A stretch of DNA of 64,000 nt from Macrostomum lignano (taxonomy: Eukaryota): NCBI GenBank assembly GCA_002269645.1, contig NIVC01002378.1:62001-126000 (forward strand), written 5' to 3'. The notes below the pieces were generated by a model, which was not told the origin of the DNA, ran no database searches, and worked only from the letters and a program-made list of their open reading frames with translations. This document shows positions 36,001 through 48,391 of the stretch, piece by piece (position 1 is the first letter of the stretch; every line of letters starts with the position of its first letter). A program made the translations under genes and the position numbers.

Positions 36001-37288
36001 ATTGGTCCTGCATCAATTGCAGTTTCTCGTCCGAACCGTCGCGCTGAGCCCGCACCTCGGCCAGTTCCCACTGCAGTCGCTGTTTCTCGGCCGCCGAGTC
36101 GGCCAATTGCTGGCCGAGTGAGGCGGTCTCAGTCTGCAGTTGAGCCTTAGCCGCAGCGGCCTCTTTTTGTAATTGCTGCTCCTGTTTGCGATGATTTCTG
36201 CACAGTCGTTCGTGCTGTTTGCCTAAGGCTAGGAGCTCTTTGTGCAGGGCTTGAACCTGAATTAAGATAGAATATTAATTCTGTCATAATTTCGGATTGT
36301 TAGTATTTCAACACATTTTTATGCACAAAACATTGCGTCAATTAGAGGCGAAATTTTCCAGATATTTTTGTGCCGCTTAATGCTAGGCTGTTGTTTCTGG
36401 CGCCTAATGCTAGGTTGTTGTTTGTGGCGCCTAATGCTACGCTGTTTGTGGCGCCTAATGCTACGCTGTTTGTGGCGCCTAATCCTACGCTGTTTGTGGG
36501 CGCCTAATCCTACGCTGTTTGTGGCGCCTATTCCTACGCTGTTTGTGGCGCCTAATGCTACTCTGTTTGTGGCGCCTAATGCTACGCTTTGTGGGCGCCT
36601 AATCCTACGCTGTTTGTGGCGCCTAATGCTACGCTGTTTGTGGCGCCTAATCCTACGCTGTTTGTGGCGCCTAATGCTACTCTGTTTGTGGCGCCTAATG
36701 CTACGCTTTGTGGGCGCCTAATCCTACGCTGTTTGTGGCGCCTAATGCTACGCTGTTTGTGGCGCCTAATCCTACGCTGTTTGTGGCGCCTAATGCTACT
36801 CTGTTTGTGGCGCCTAATGCTACGCTTTGTGGGCGCCAAATCCTACGCTGTTTGTGGCGCTTACGGCCTAATGCTTTATTTTGTTTTTGGCGCCATAGAA
36901 ATGTTAATTTTAACGCCCTGTCACAACCTATGTTATAACAAAGTGCTGACGCTGAAGTGAAAGTTTGCCAAGAAGTAAACGCGAGCAAATTCAAGCATCA
37001 GTCAGGCTTAAAACCCACTTGCTCTCCGGAGCTTCGACCGCTGTCAGAAAGGCGTCGGCGAAGGCTTTCCAACTCTTTGGACTGCTCGCCAAGGTCGGAG
37101 CGAAGTAGGGCGCACTCGCGTTCTTTGCTAGCCAGCCGAGTTTGAACAGTTTGCAACTCGCGTTCCCATTCGGCCCGTTTGCTTTGAATCATCTGATCAA
37201 TGTGATACATTAGATTCTGCAATTCCGCTTCGCAAGCGCTCGGCATTAAATCTAGCATTGTGGCTTCCGCCTCAGAGCTTTTGTTCAT
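33098..37288 (-). CDS. CEP63: CEP63/DEUP1-family coiled-coil centriole-duplication protein; 5 exons, 592 aa
   Basis: Exons 37288-37019, 36256-35873, 35293-35100, 34763-34328, 33592-33098; phases compatible, total 1779 nt. N-terminal SACEAELQNLMYHIDQMIQSKRAEWE matches CEP63 [26 protein letters not shown]. C-terminal VVRRIDGHVTELKRQ matches ILERLDAHIEELKRE. Confidence 0.9.
33860..34315. repeat. 21-bp minisatellite, intronic
   Basis: Unit ggattggagcaggaatgggtg. Confidence 0.95.
35318..35778. repeat. 28-bp minisatellite, intronic, same family as 24127-25052
   Basis: Unit actgaggatctgggaggctggcccagca plus variants. Confidence 0.95.
36365..36870. repeat. ~24-bp minisatellite, intronic
   Basis: Unit approximately tttgtggcgcctaatgctacgctg. 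Confidence 0.95.
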
Positions 37289-37464
37289 GACTATTGGAAT
37301 AGGGACTTGAATCGGTTTATAACACTTGGCCTTTGCTTGATGGCGATTCTTAGAAACGGCCGATTAACAAACTGACACGCGAGTGCATGTGGCCTGAAAA
37401 CATTATTTAAGAAGTTGTCAATGAAATAAAGCATAACAATTATTCGTTTAAGTAGATCTAAACT

Positions 37465-38012
37465 GTTGCTCACTCAAGTCTCACTCTGTTGCTCACCCAA
37501 GTCTCACTCTCTGTTGCTCACCCAAGTCTCACTCTGTTGCTCACTCAAGTCTCACTCTGTTGCTCACCCAAGTCTCACTCTGTTGCTCACTTAAGTCTCA
37601 CTGTCTGTTTCTCACTCAAGTCTCACTCTGTTTCTCACTCAAGTCTCACTGTCTGTTTCTCACTCAAGTCTCACTCTGTTTCTCACTCAAGTCTCACTGT
37701 CTGTTGCTCACTCAAGTCTCACTCTGTTGCTCACTCAAGTCTCACTGTCTGTTTCTCACTCAAGTCTCACTCTGTTTCTCACTCAAGTCTCACTGTCTGT
37801 TTCTCACTCAAGTCTCACTCTGTTTCTCACTCAAGTCTCACTCTGTTGCTCACTCAAGTCTCACTCTCTGTTGTTCACTCAAGTCTCACTCACTGTTTCT
37901 CACCCAAGTCTCACTCTCTGTTGCTCACCCAAGTCTCACTCTCTGTTGCTCACTCAAGTCTCTCTCTGTTGCTCACTAAAGTCTCACTCTCTGTTGCTCA
38001 CCCAAATCTCAC
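37465..38012. repeat. 22-26-bp minisatellite upstream of the CEP63-like gene
   Basis: Unit approximately actcaagtctcactctgttgctc. Confidence 0.95.
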
Positions 38013-38601
38013 TCGGGTTTGTCACTAGCAAATAAAGTAGACTATTTAAGATTTTTAATATAAAAACAATATTTGAACGAAGTTATTAATTTTGGTTGTT
38101 AAAGCACAAGAACGTTCTAAAACTATTAGCAGAGTTAACATGTTTCATTAATACAAGGCTAAAGGGCACAAAAACATAAAAGCCATTGTAATTAGCACTG
38201 ACTCCAAGTTGAAACTTTCATAGAAATAAAAGCATATTTGATTGAAAGAAAGCATGCCTTTAAAAAAACTGTTCAAAACAATTTGATAGGACGAACAAGT
38301 AGTTTGAAATGTAGGCTGATATGATATTAATATAAAAAATTGAAAAATCTAGGAAAACAGATTAAATTGATTGTAAAACAGGTATATAAAATATGAGCAT
38401 CAATTTTTTAAGATACAAAATAAACCTGCCGATTAAAAGCACGTTCGACTATTTACATTTTTTTGCACAGGAAGAATAAACCAAAAAATACGTGAAAAGG
38501 AAGACAAGTAAGTCTAGCTCGTATTTACTGTCGAGATACAAGTATTTAACAAATCATTTGACTAAATTGCGACACGTCTAAATTCTGAAGGCATAAAGAA
38601 T

Positions 38602-41600
38602 CTAGTAAGGACCCGGCCAACGATAGCGAGGCGGCCAATGCCAATAATTTCCCCACCGCCGATGCCATTGATTATCCGTTGGCTGTTGGCCAAATCGCGA
38701 AAAGTGCATGAAATGTTGTTGCCGGGGTCGCCATGGTCCGCATTGCATTGAGGCGTCGACCTGCGGCTGAGCTGCTGCTTGCTGCTCTGCGCTGGAAGCT
38801 GCTTGTTGATCCTCATTTGAAATTGGTGTCCGACGCGAAGGATTTTTTGAATTTGGCGTTGAATTTTCTGCTTGTTCCGACTCGGTAGTGGGATTCGAAT
38901 ACTGCGATGAAGATGTTTTTGACTTTGACGGTGAAGGATCCGAGGTTTGTTCGGATGAAATCAAAGAAGCCGAATATGCAGCACGTTTTGGAAATGGAGC
39001 TTGGTGCGGATTTTGTAATTTTCGTTTTAGGCAACAATTTTCCCTAGTTGAAGTACAACTGGACTGCGATTGATTCGATGCGGAAGCTGGTGTCGTCCTC
39101 GACGCGGAAGCTGGTGTCGGCTTTAACGTGGAAGCTGGTGTCGTCCTCGACGCGGAAGCTGGTGTCGGCTTTAACGTGGAAGCTGGTGTCGGCCTCGACG
39201 CGGAAGCTGGTGTCGTCCTCGACGCGGAAGCTGGTGTCGACCTCGACGCGGAAGCTGACGTCGGCTTCAATGTGGAAGCTGGTGTCGGCCCCGACGCTGA
39301 AACTGGTGTCGGCCTCAACGCGGAAGCTAGTGTTGGCCTTGACGCTATAGCTGGTGTCTGCCTCGACGCTGAAGCTTGAGTCGGCTTCAGTGTGGAAGCT
39401 GGCGTCGGTCTTGACGCTGTAACTGATGTCGGCTTTAATTTGTAAGCTGGTGTCGGCCTCGACGCGGAAGCTGACGTCGGCTTCAATGTGGAAGCTGACG
39501 TCGGCTTCAATGTGGAAGCTGGTGTCGTCCCCGACGCTGAAACTGGTGTCGACCTCGAAGCGGAAGCTGGTGTTGGCCTTGACACTAAAGCTGGTGTCGG
39601 CCTCGACGCTGAAACTGATGTCGGCTTTAATTTGGAAGCAGGTGTCGGCTTCAGTGTAGAAGCTGGTGTCGGCTTTAATGTGGAAGCTGGTGTCGGCTTC
39701 AATGTGGAATCTAATATTGGCCTTGACGCGGAAGCTGGTGTAGGCTTCAATGTGGAAGCTGGTGTCGGCTTCAATGTGGAAGCTGGTGTCGGCTTCAATG
39801 TGGAAGCTGATGTTGGCCTCGACGCGGAAGCTGGTGTTGGTTTCAATGTGGAAGCTGGTGTCGGCTTCAATGTGGAATCTAATATTGGCCTTGACGCGGA
39901 AGCTGGTGTAGGCTTCAATTTGGAAGCTGGTGTCGGCGTCGACGCGGAAGCTGGTGTCGGCGTCGACGCGGAAGCTGGTGTCGTCTTCAATATGGAAGCT
40001 GGTGTCGGCGTCGACGCGGAAGCTGGTGTCGTCTTCAATATGGAAGCTGGTGTCGGCGTCGACGCGGAAGCTGGTGTCGTCTTCAATATGGAAGCTGGTG
40101 TTGGCCTCGACGCGGAAGCTGGTGTTGGTTTCAATTTGGAAGCTGGTGTTGGTTTCAATGTGGAAGCTGGTGTTGGTTTCAATGTGGAAGCTGGTGTTGG
40201 TTTCGATGTGGAAGCTGGTGTTGGTTTCAATGTGGAAGCTGGTGTCGACCTTGACGCGGAAGCAGTAGTCGAAGAAGCCGGTGTCAGTTTCGACGCGGAA
40301 GCAGTAGTTGACGAAGAAGCTGGTGTTGGAACTGTCGGTTTCGGTATGGTAGCAGTAGTCAATGAAGAAGGTTGCATCGGCTTTGGCACAAAAGCTGATG
40401 CCAGCTTAGACAATAAAGAAGTACTCGTAGTTGAAGCGGAAGCTAAATTCATCGACACGAAAGCAGCAGTCGATGCAGTAGCTTGCGTTGCATTTGACTC
40501 AGCAACAGACTTAGACAAAGGAATAGATCTTGGGTCTTGCAAAGGAGCACTCGATTTTAACAATATTAGCTGACTGGATCTATCAGAATTCGCAGTATCA
40601 ACAACTTTACCGCTGGCCAGTGCCTTACTGGCACAATTCAAAGCGTTAAGGAACTGCCAAGGAACAGATCTCGGATCCACAACTGTGTCTAAAAATTAAC
40701 GGAAGTTTCTGAATTAATTTTCTGCGCGGGCGCGAATCGAATAACGCGGACACTACATTGAACAAAGATGTAGATCAAGACTTCTCAGGAAGACTTTTCT
40801 GACTGCATTTTCAAGTGACACAAGGATTTTCAATAAAACCCAATTACAGCATTTTGTCGAGTATTTTAGAATATCTATACGAATTTTCGAGCACTTAAAG
40901 TCTGCTTTAGCACATACAAACGATCCCCTACTGAAAATGATATGTACTTTGTATATACTACTACTGTATTTCGTGGTGGCCCAATCCTAGCATCTATAAA
41001 TACAAATGTACTGTCCAGAGCGTTTATTTCTTGCTTACAAGGCTAATCTACTCTACTCAACAGAAGAGTAGGAACTCAGAAACCGGTTCTGGCCTATCGA
41101 GGTTCGAATCTTTGAATCGAAGAGTTTAGACACACACAAGCTATATATATGGAAGCGCGTATCTTTCATGCCAGACAGCTTGATATTCCGATTGCTCAAC
41201 ATTTGAATTAATTATCGAGGGAATCTCCTGACAGTTTGAGACTGTCTATCAATATGTTAGTAGTTAAAAAAACTAATCAAAGCACAACTCACTGGACAGC
41301 AGTTTAACTAAGACGCACTGCTCAGTAGGCAGCTTGGAGTACGTGATGTAGGTACAGCCAACGGCTGGGTCCCAATTCCCGCACGACAGACTACAATCCA
41401 TATCGCCGCTAATCACCCATTCGGTGCTAATTCGGAACTTCAATTCGGACGGCAACGATGCACAGATTTGATGGAGGGCAGCAGCTGCGTCTGATCGTGC
41501 GGTATAAACTACGTGAACAGACGGCCTGAAACCATTGCAGATGTACAGCTTTGCTACCTGTCCATAACGACTGGCCAGGTCGCCGTCGCGAAGCAATTCA

Positions 41601-42099
41601 ATTAATTGAGATGGCAGACTCCTAAACTCGGCATTAATTACTTTAATTGCAATTGCCAGGCTAACTAGAGACAGGTGGCCAGATTTTAATGGCGGCATAT
41701 TTTTCACAGCTTGCTCAGCAGTGTTAGCTGACGGAGTAGGCAATGCGCACCCCATGCCTTGATCAATCGCTTTGGCAGTCCTTTTCAGCGTCTCAAGTCT
41801 TCGCTGCAAGTCGGCAAGTAGTGCAGGATTAGCCATGTCCTCTCTGCTTATGGGCCTTCTTTCGGGATCCTTTGCGACCCATTCTTTCAGATCCTGTATG
41901 TGTTTTTCAGAGTAGAAAGCAAACTGATAACTTCTGAATTATCAAGTTACAAAGTGCACCGGCAATGAACTCGAAACCTTACCAATAAGTCCTTCTTTAA
42001 AACTGAACTAGATGTTGAATTTGACACCTTCTCTTGCAGAGTTTGTATTATTTGTGCAAAATTGGCATTTTCATTCATTTTTATAGCCATGCAATTCAT
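38602..42099 (-). CDS. Orphan spliced gene: globular N-terminal region plus long PTPASTLK-type repeat tail; 5' end uncertain
   Basis: Exons ~42099-41978, 41933-41293 and 40688-38602 join in frame through a 44-nt intron and a tcca|gtgagt ... tttttag|ac intron. The last exon is open for ~695 codons across a 24-bp coding repeat. Confidence 0.62.
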
Positions 42100-42599
42100 C
42101 AAATTTATTGAAGCTTTATAGGGCACTGAGCATTGAAAGGAGATAATGACAACTGAAAAATAAAAACCCACAAGTATGACTTACTAGAACTCCAACATAT
42201 TAACAAGGCACCTTCCTACCAATAAACAAACAAAATTAACAAATAAACAAAATAATTTCATAAGATTTATAAATTTCACTGTCTTGAAAATTGCAACTAA
42301 TGAGTATAATGATAACCATGTGCAACATTTGCAATTGTCCCTTAAAATAAGTTGCTAATGAGAATTTTAAACTGCATTTATAACCATATAGAATAACAAA
42401 CCTAGATGGACTTTCTGACAATGCATACTCCAAGGTGCATAATCAGGCATAGCTCATATTGTTTGGAACAGGAGCATATAATAAGTAAAGCAGACTTATA
42501 AATTATTTGTTCATGTACTTAATGATTTATTATTTATTTTTAATTTACAAAGCAGTTAGAGGTTAATAGCCTATAGGTCCAGGTGAATACCATTAATGC

Positions 42600-43450
42600 A
42601 ATAATGGGTGAAGATCAAAATATGATTTTAACGTGCACTATAGTTAAAAATGGTCTGGTCTCCCTTACTCAGAATATATGAAGAACATAGCAGGGCTGCA
42701 CCACTATGTTAAAGTTGCATATTGAGGGTAGATGACTGATTTTTTATATACAATGCTTCTAAGATCTCAAGTTTGTAATTAGATAGACATTGGTCAATGA
42801 TTCTAAAGTATTCTTCTTTAAGTGTATTATTAGAGCAGCTGTTGCATTCCAAAAGATAGGTTTGGATAGCTGGCAGTTGAGCCAGTGCTCCCTAGTTCTG
42901 GTGTGTGAGTCTTTTGGTCTTCCCCACATAGGAGATACTCTAGTCATCAGAATCAATAGATAATACCTGTATGTAGAGCATAGGGCATACATGAAATTAA
43001 CCAACTAACAAAACTGCCAACTTTGGAAATAAAAGGATAGCCAAATAAAGGGAGAATGAGGGTTGGTTTACTCTAGTCAATGTGATTAGGTTTGATAAAC
43101 TTTTGTTGATTCACTCTTTTAGAAATGAATTTGTGAATGTTGTAGTAGATAAAGACTAAAGGGTAACCATTCTATTGGAGCATTTTGGTTAAGAACTTGA
43201 TTTTTTAATCAAATTTGATCTAGGAATTGCAGATAATAAAGGCTCTATAAAGCAAACATATGATCAGACCAGATTTGCATTGTCTAAAGCACAAATTATA
43301 AAAGTTAAAAATGGTTCAACCTGATTGCATCACCCCTAAGTGAACCAATTCTATTTCTATATATTAGAATATTTTGTAATACTTTGCCTATTAGCAGGCA
43401 TAAGATCATTTTTATCCAAAAACTTGATTTTTTATTAATAATATTGTATA
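42600..43450 (-). mobile_element. Decayed Penelope-like retroelement fragment (RT thumb plus GIY-YIG endonuclease)
   Basis: Minus-strand NGYPLVFI (~43150-43172), YVGKTKRL (42930-42907) followed by frameshifted TRTREH, and KLEILEALYIKK (~42740-42778). Confidence 0.8.
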
Positions 43451-44499
43451 TTAAAATAATAATAATAAAAACATTTTATTCTATGTCGAAAATTCTATGT
43501 TGAATATATCATTTTTAAAGGTAGACAAGATTCAATCTTAATCTTGATCATCAAGATCTTGGCACTTTTTTAAATTTCAATCTCAGTTTCAAGATCTCAA
43601 AAAAGTTAAGATTTGAGACTGTGTGACTGTTGGTAACTATACTATTATCATATTTATATGATATACATCAAGTTACTAACAAGCTCAATATTATATAATA
43701 ATTGCTTTCTTTTTATTATCATCACTGTACATATTTAACAAACAAAAATATTAGCATTGAAGATAGAATTGTGTCAATAGGCCTATTAGATTCTATTTAG
43801 GCTTAATTTCAAATCTCAATTAAATCTTGATTATCTTAAAAAAGTATAGATTTCCCAAGCTGAAATTCATCCCTAAAAAAATATATATTTGGCACCAAAA
43901 GTTAAAAAATTAAATGCATGCAAACAAACCTTTATTAAAAATATAAAATATTGTGCTATACTAAAGTCTTGAGAAAGCTTTTATAAATTAACAATCAAAT
44001 ATTATCATTGCTAGATATAATTCCAACAATATACGGAATCTTCTGGCAAAAAAAGTTATTGTTCTGCATGCACTTAGGCCTAAAGTTCACTGAAAGTAGC
44101 AATACTGGTCAATTTTTTGTTTTGTGCACTTGATGTATGAAGTATACCCTAGTAGATCTCAAGTCTAAAATATTTTGAAAATGTAATATCATCCAACCCC
44201 AATTCCAATTGGAATATATAAAAAACTTGCAGACACACATGGGATCTAAAATTATAGCTCAAAAACATGACAAAACACAGAACATGTTAACTTTTATACC
44301 AAATATATGTATAGTACTAATTAGATGATGAGACATTTAGCCTTAACAAGATAGTCATAGTTATTCCTGCCATTTATCCAAAACTACACTGTGCCACAAC
44401 ACTACTGTCTTGACTCTAGCTATAACACACTATTGGATAATTCCAAAATTGCAACAGATGGTTGGATGCCTTTTGTCCACTTATTCCAATAGGGCATTC

Positions 44500-47400
44500 C
44501 ATAGGTGTAAGAATAGGGGGACAGTGGGGCCATGGCCCTCCACTTTTTAAAATGGGAGGCCAGTAATGGTATCTGGCCCCTCCAAATTTTAAATGTAAAA
44601 TATAGACTTTTTGCTTCTTTTTTTACTCTTATTTTTGGTTTTTGCTGCTTTGCATAAACATATATGCATGGTATATATTAATATAAAATAAAAAAATTGG
44701 AAACTTGTAAATATATAGGTTACAATTTTGATTTTTGATTTCTAAGAAATCATTCAAAGAAACATCTACCATAGACCATACCATTACCATGATCCATAAA
44801 GCATGAATCATGATTTTGATTCATTCATTCTTATTCATATTCATGAATAAAAATTAAGAATGAACTAAATGAACATTACATTGAGTCATTAAGCAGTGAC
44901 AATAAGAATAAACTGACTAACAATGAGACATATAATATTATATTTAATATAGCTATCTATTATATTTTTACAATGGTTTGTTTTTTGTTTTTTATTAAAA
45001 AGTTAAAAACAGTTTTGTTATATGTGGCATATAGCCAGGAAAATTAATAGTATTTTAAATGCTCCTAATTGATTTGGAGATAGTTAGTTAGCAATGGTAG
45101 TTTTAGGAGGAAAGGGCTAAGCTGGCTGAAGCTCCTTAGGCCTTAGCCTTTCCAATTATAATTTGATTTGAGATTGCAATATATTTATTTATCATATAAG
45201 ATATAATGATCCAAGTATCAATTTCTTTATTATATCAATGATTATAATATAGTGGATAGATTACTAGGAATGTAATAATTTTAAATTTGCTAATTTGCTA
45301 TATAGTTTGCTTATCTCATCTTGTTCTTGTGGCCTTATACAAAACAAAAAAGTTGCTTACTTAAGTTACTAATATTATTAACATTGCAGCAGCCAGCAAT
45401 CAACAACAATGAGAAAGATCAATATAGATATACAAAACTTTTTGGAAAGTCAAAATCCAATTCAAATGAACTATAAGCACCTATATCCTTGACCCTATGT
45501 GTTAATATGCCTGCTGAACCTCTAGGTGCTAATGCACTTATATTACCTACTGAAGCTGAACCTCTATGTGCTAATATGCCTGCATTCTAGAGGTCGGACG
45601 AGCAGAAAATTTTGGTCAGACATGAAATTTTGTGAAATTTTCAAAGTCGGGCGTGATCGTGATTGTGAATTTATATTTGCATACACGTATTTTGAGCTTG
45701 TAAGTTACAAGTATTGAAAATAACAAAACAAGAAAATAAATATTTATAAGTTGATAATAGCTACTCAGTAATGCTGTCAAGTCAACAAATTTAAAATTTA
45801 TTACTCTTTTACACATTTGTATTCACATATTTTGGTAAACCAAGTAGAAAAGTTATACTTCTAATAAAAATGTAATAAAGCGGAAATTCACGACTGTCGT
45901 GAACAGGTTTCAAGGAAATCACGATTGTGAAAAAAATGGTCGTGAATTCACAAAATCGTGATCACGATCGTGATCACGTCCGACCCCTACTGCATTCTTT
46001 GCTGAACCCCCAGGTCTTGTTATGCCTACTAAACTGCAAGAGCAAGGGCAACCAACTGAACAGTAAACAACTACTATAGGTGCTTTTTCTACTGCTACTG
46101 AAATGCTTTCAGAGGATTTAGGTAAGGAAGATTAGAAATTAGGGATTTATTATTCTTCTTAGCCGTCATTTTTTGGTTATAATGTGGACTATTTTAGTAT
46201 ATAACTGTGGTACTCCATTTTTTCTCATTTATCAGGTTCAGTTGCATCTCACCCTGGCTTGTCCTGCTCCTTTTTATGCTATACATTGGATGGGTCACAC
46301 CAGCCACATGACATGGACACTGAAAAAATGGCTTATCTTCAAGGTGGCCACTTGTACAGTCAACATAAAGTGGTAAAGTCAGTATAGCTGGCTAAGTGTA
46401 TATATGGCAACTGGAAAAGTGTTCTATAACATTTGCAGATGACAGGAGCAGCACAAAATTAACCATGAGTAAGAGCAAAGACCCCGTCTTTATACAAGAT
46501 AGGTTCAACAACTGGAAAAAGGCCAGAGTCTTTCAACAAGCATGAGTCTTTTCTCTACCACCAAGAAGCATGCTTTAAGCTGCTCAATGAAGGGAAAGAG
46601 ACAATTAACTCATAGCTAGCCAGTCAATCTACTGCTAAATACGCATGTAGGAGGAAGTGTCTTAAGAAAGAAATGGAGTGCATTGTATTTTTACTACACT
46701 AGAATTTTCTTGTCTAAAGCAAAGAAGAAAGTGAAAGAAACCTTAACCAACTGCTCATCCTGAAAAAAGGGTTATCCTAGACCTTGGCATCTGGAATGAA
46801 TAATTGTCTCTTATGATCCAAAATGAGTTGATCCAAAAAATTGGCATAACAATATTCCAACAACTTCTCAACATCAGAGAAGCAAAGTTTAATGCCATCC
46901 TAGCAGATAAGACAACTGATGTTACCCCTAAAGAGCAGTTAAACTCGTCCATTTGTTAGGTAAATGAGCAATTGAACATCAATGAAGATCTAGTGGAATT
47001 AATCTAAGTGGTAAATACCATAGGAAAGGTCTAGCAGCTAGATTAAAGGATGCCCTAGTCCACATGCAACTCCCTTTACAATATTGCTATGACTAAGCAT
47101 ATGATGATACAGTAAACATGTCACGGAAAATGAAAGGGGTGGCAGCCAGAATCTAGAAAGAGTACCCAGCTGCTATCCATATGCACTGCCTAGTGCACTA
47201 TGCCAATTTTGTCCTACAAGAAGTATCTTGGCAGCAAAAAATTGTGAGAGATACCTTGGACCTCACAAATAAGATCACTTCTTTTTGTAGACTGTCTACT
47301 ATGGAAGAAAGATTGAGGCTTCAAAAGAGCCCATTGCTTCTATATATTTAGCAAGCAACAAAGACCCAAGGGTCTCATACATGTATACAAAGAAAAAGGG

Positions 47401-48391
47401 GCAAAGGAAAAAGGAAGGAACAAAAAAGCAAGCACTGGGTGATACATTGAGACAAAGAACATTCCTATCCTACTTCTTCTTAACCCCTCTCACATAACAC
47501 AACTACACTGTATGTCATCACACTTTTGTAAGAAACTTTCTAAAAATATCAAATATCTTCTAAATCCAAAGCATGGCACTTGAGATCCCAGGAACACATG
47601 GAACATCACTATGCCCTTTGTGCCTTACACAATGGACTTGCTGCACTGCTTCATTGAAAAGCCTAATTTGCAACTACTTAGCAGTGATGGACACCATAGA
47701 AAAAGTCAATATATCTTTTAGTGATAAAACTCTAAGAGAGCTACTAGAATGCTAGTGCTTATGGAGAAGTTTAGCTTTGTGTTTAGGCTTTATCTATCTC
47801 TGGCTATTTTCTTTATGGCTAAAGAGCTTTTCCATGCCTTGAATTTTCATAAACCTTCCCCAAGTCCCTAGACTTGCATTCCTAGTCTCTATATTACTAT
47901 TGCATGAAACATTTTTGCCAATTGAAGAAAGTCAGACTAGAGAAAAGGTATAAAAAATAATATCAGTTGGTTTATATAATGCATAGCAGTATAAAAGAAT
48001 ATTTAAATTTGAAAATTTAGTTTCTAAATCTAATGCATAAACACAAAATATACTAGTTTGGTTTTTTGGCTCTTCCTTTTCCATTTCTGCCTTAACTTAT
48101 TTTTTTTCATTGTTATAACTCAGTACAAATGCAAATATAATTGGTACACTTAGTAAGGTTTTTTTAACAAAATGCTCATATTAAAAAACATTTGTTTTTT
48201 GGATAAAAGTCTATAAAAAGAATTTTTTTTCAAATTTTTGCATAGACAATAATAATAAAAAAATTAATATGACAAGCAATGTCGTTCCAAAAAATTTCGC
48301 AATGAAATTTTTGGGATAATTGGATTCCCTAGTCCTATGCCAAAAGATGGCCCTTGGCTACCCTACTTTTTCAAATGTTCTTATGCCTATA
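44500..48391 (+). mobile_element. Decayed hAT transposon with DUF4371/ZMYM-type transposase pseudogene
   Basis: TIRs cataggtgtaagaa (44500) and ttcttatgcctata (ends 48391); flanks gggcattc/aggaattc (6 of 8 match, diverged TSD). Transposase remnants FNNWKKA, IQNELIQ, ILADKTTDVTPKEQL, HMHCLVH at ~46480-47220, with many stops. Confidence 0.85.
45588..45989. mobile_element. hAT-type MITE nested in the decayed hAT
   Basis: TIRs tagaggtcggacg / cgtccgaccccta; perfect 8-bp TSD ctgcattc at 45580-45587 and 45990-45997. Confidence 0.93.

Noticed and set aside
23992-36994. Long periodic ORFs ([44 protein letters not shown])
   Set aside because: Stop-free translations of intronic or intergenic minisatellites, open in several frames at once.
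39488-40573. 361-aa plus-strand ORF (EAGVGFNV repeats)
   Set aside because: Antisense shadow of the 24-bp coding repeat; the minus-strand frame extends into unique sequence on both sides and has splice support.
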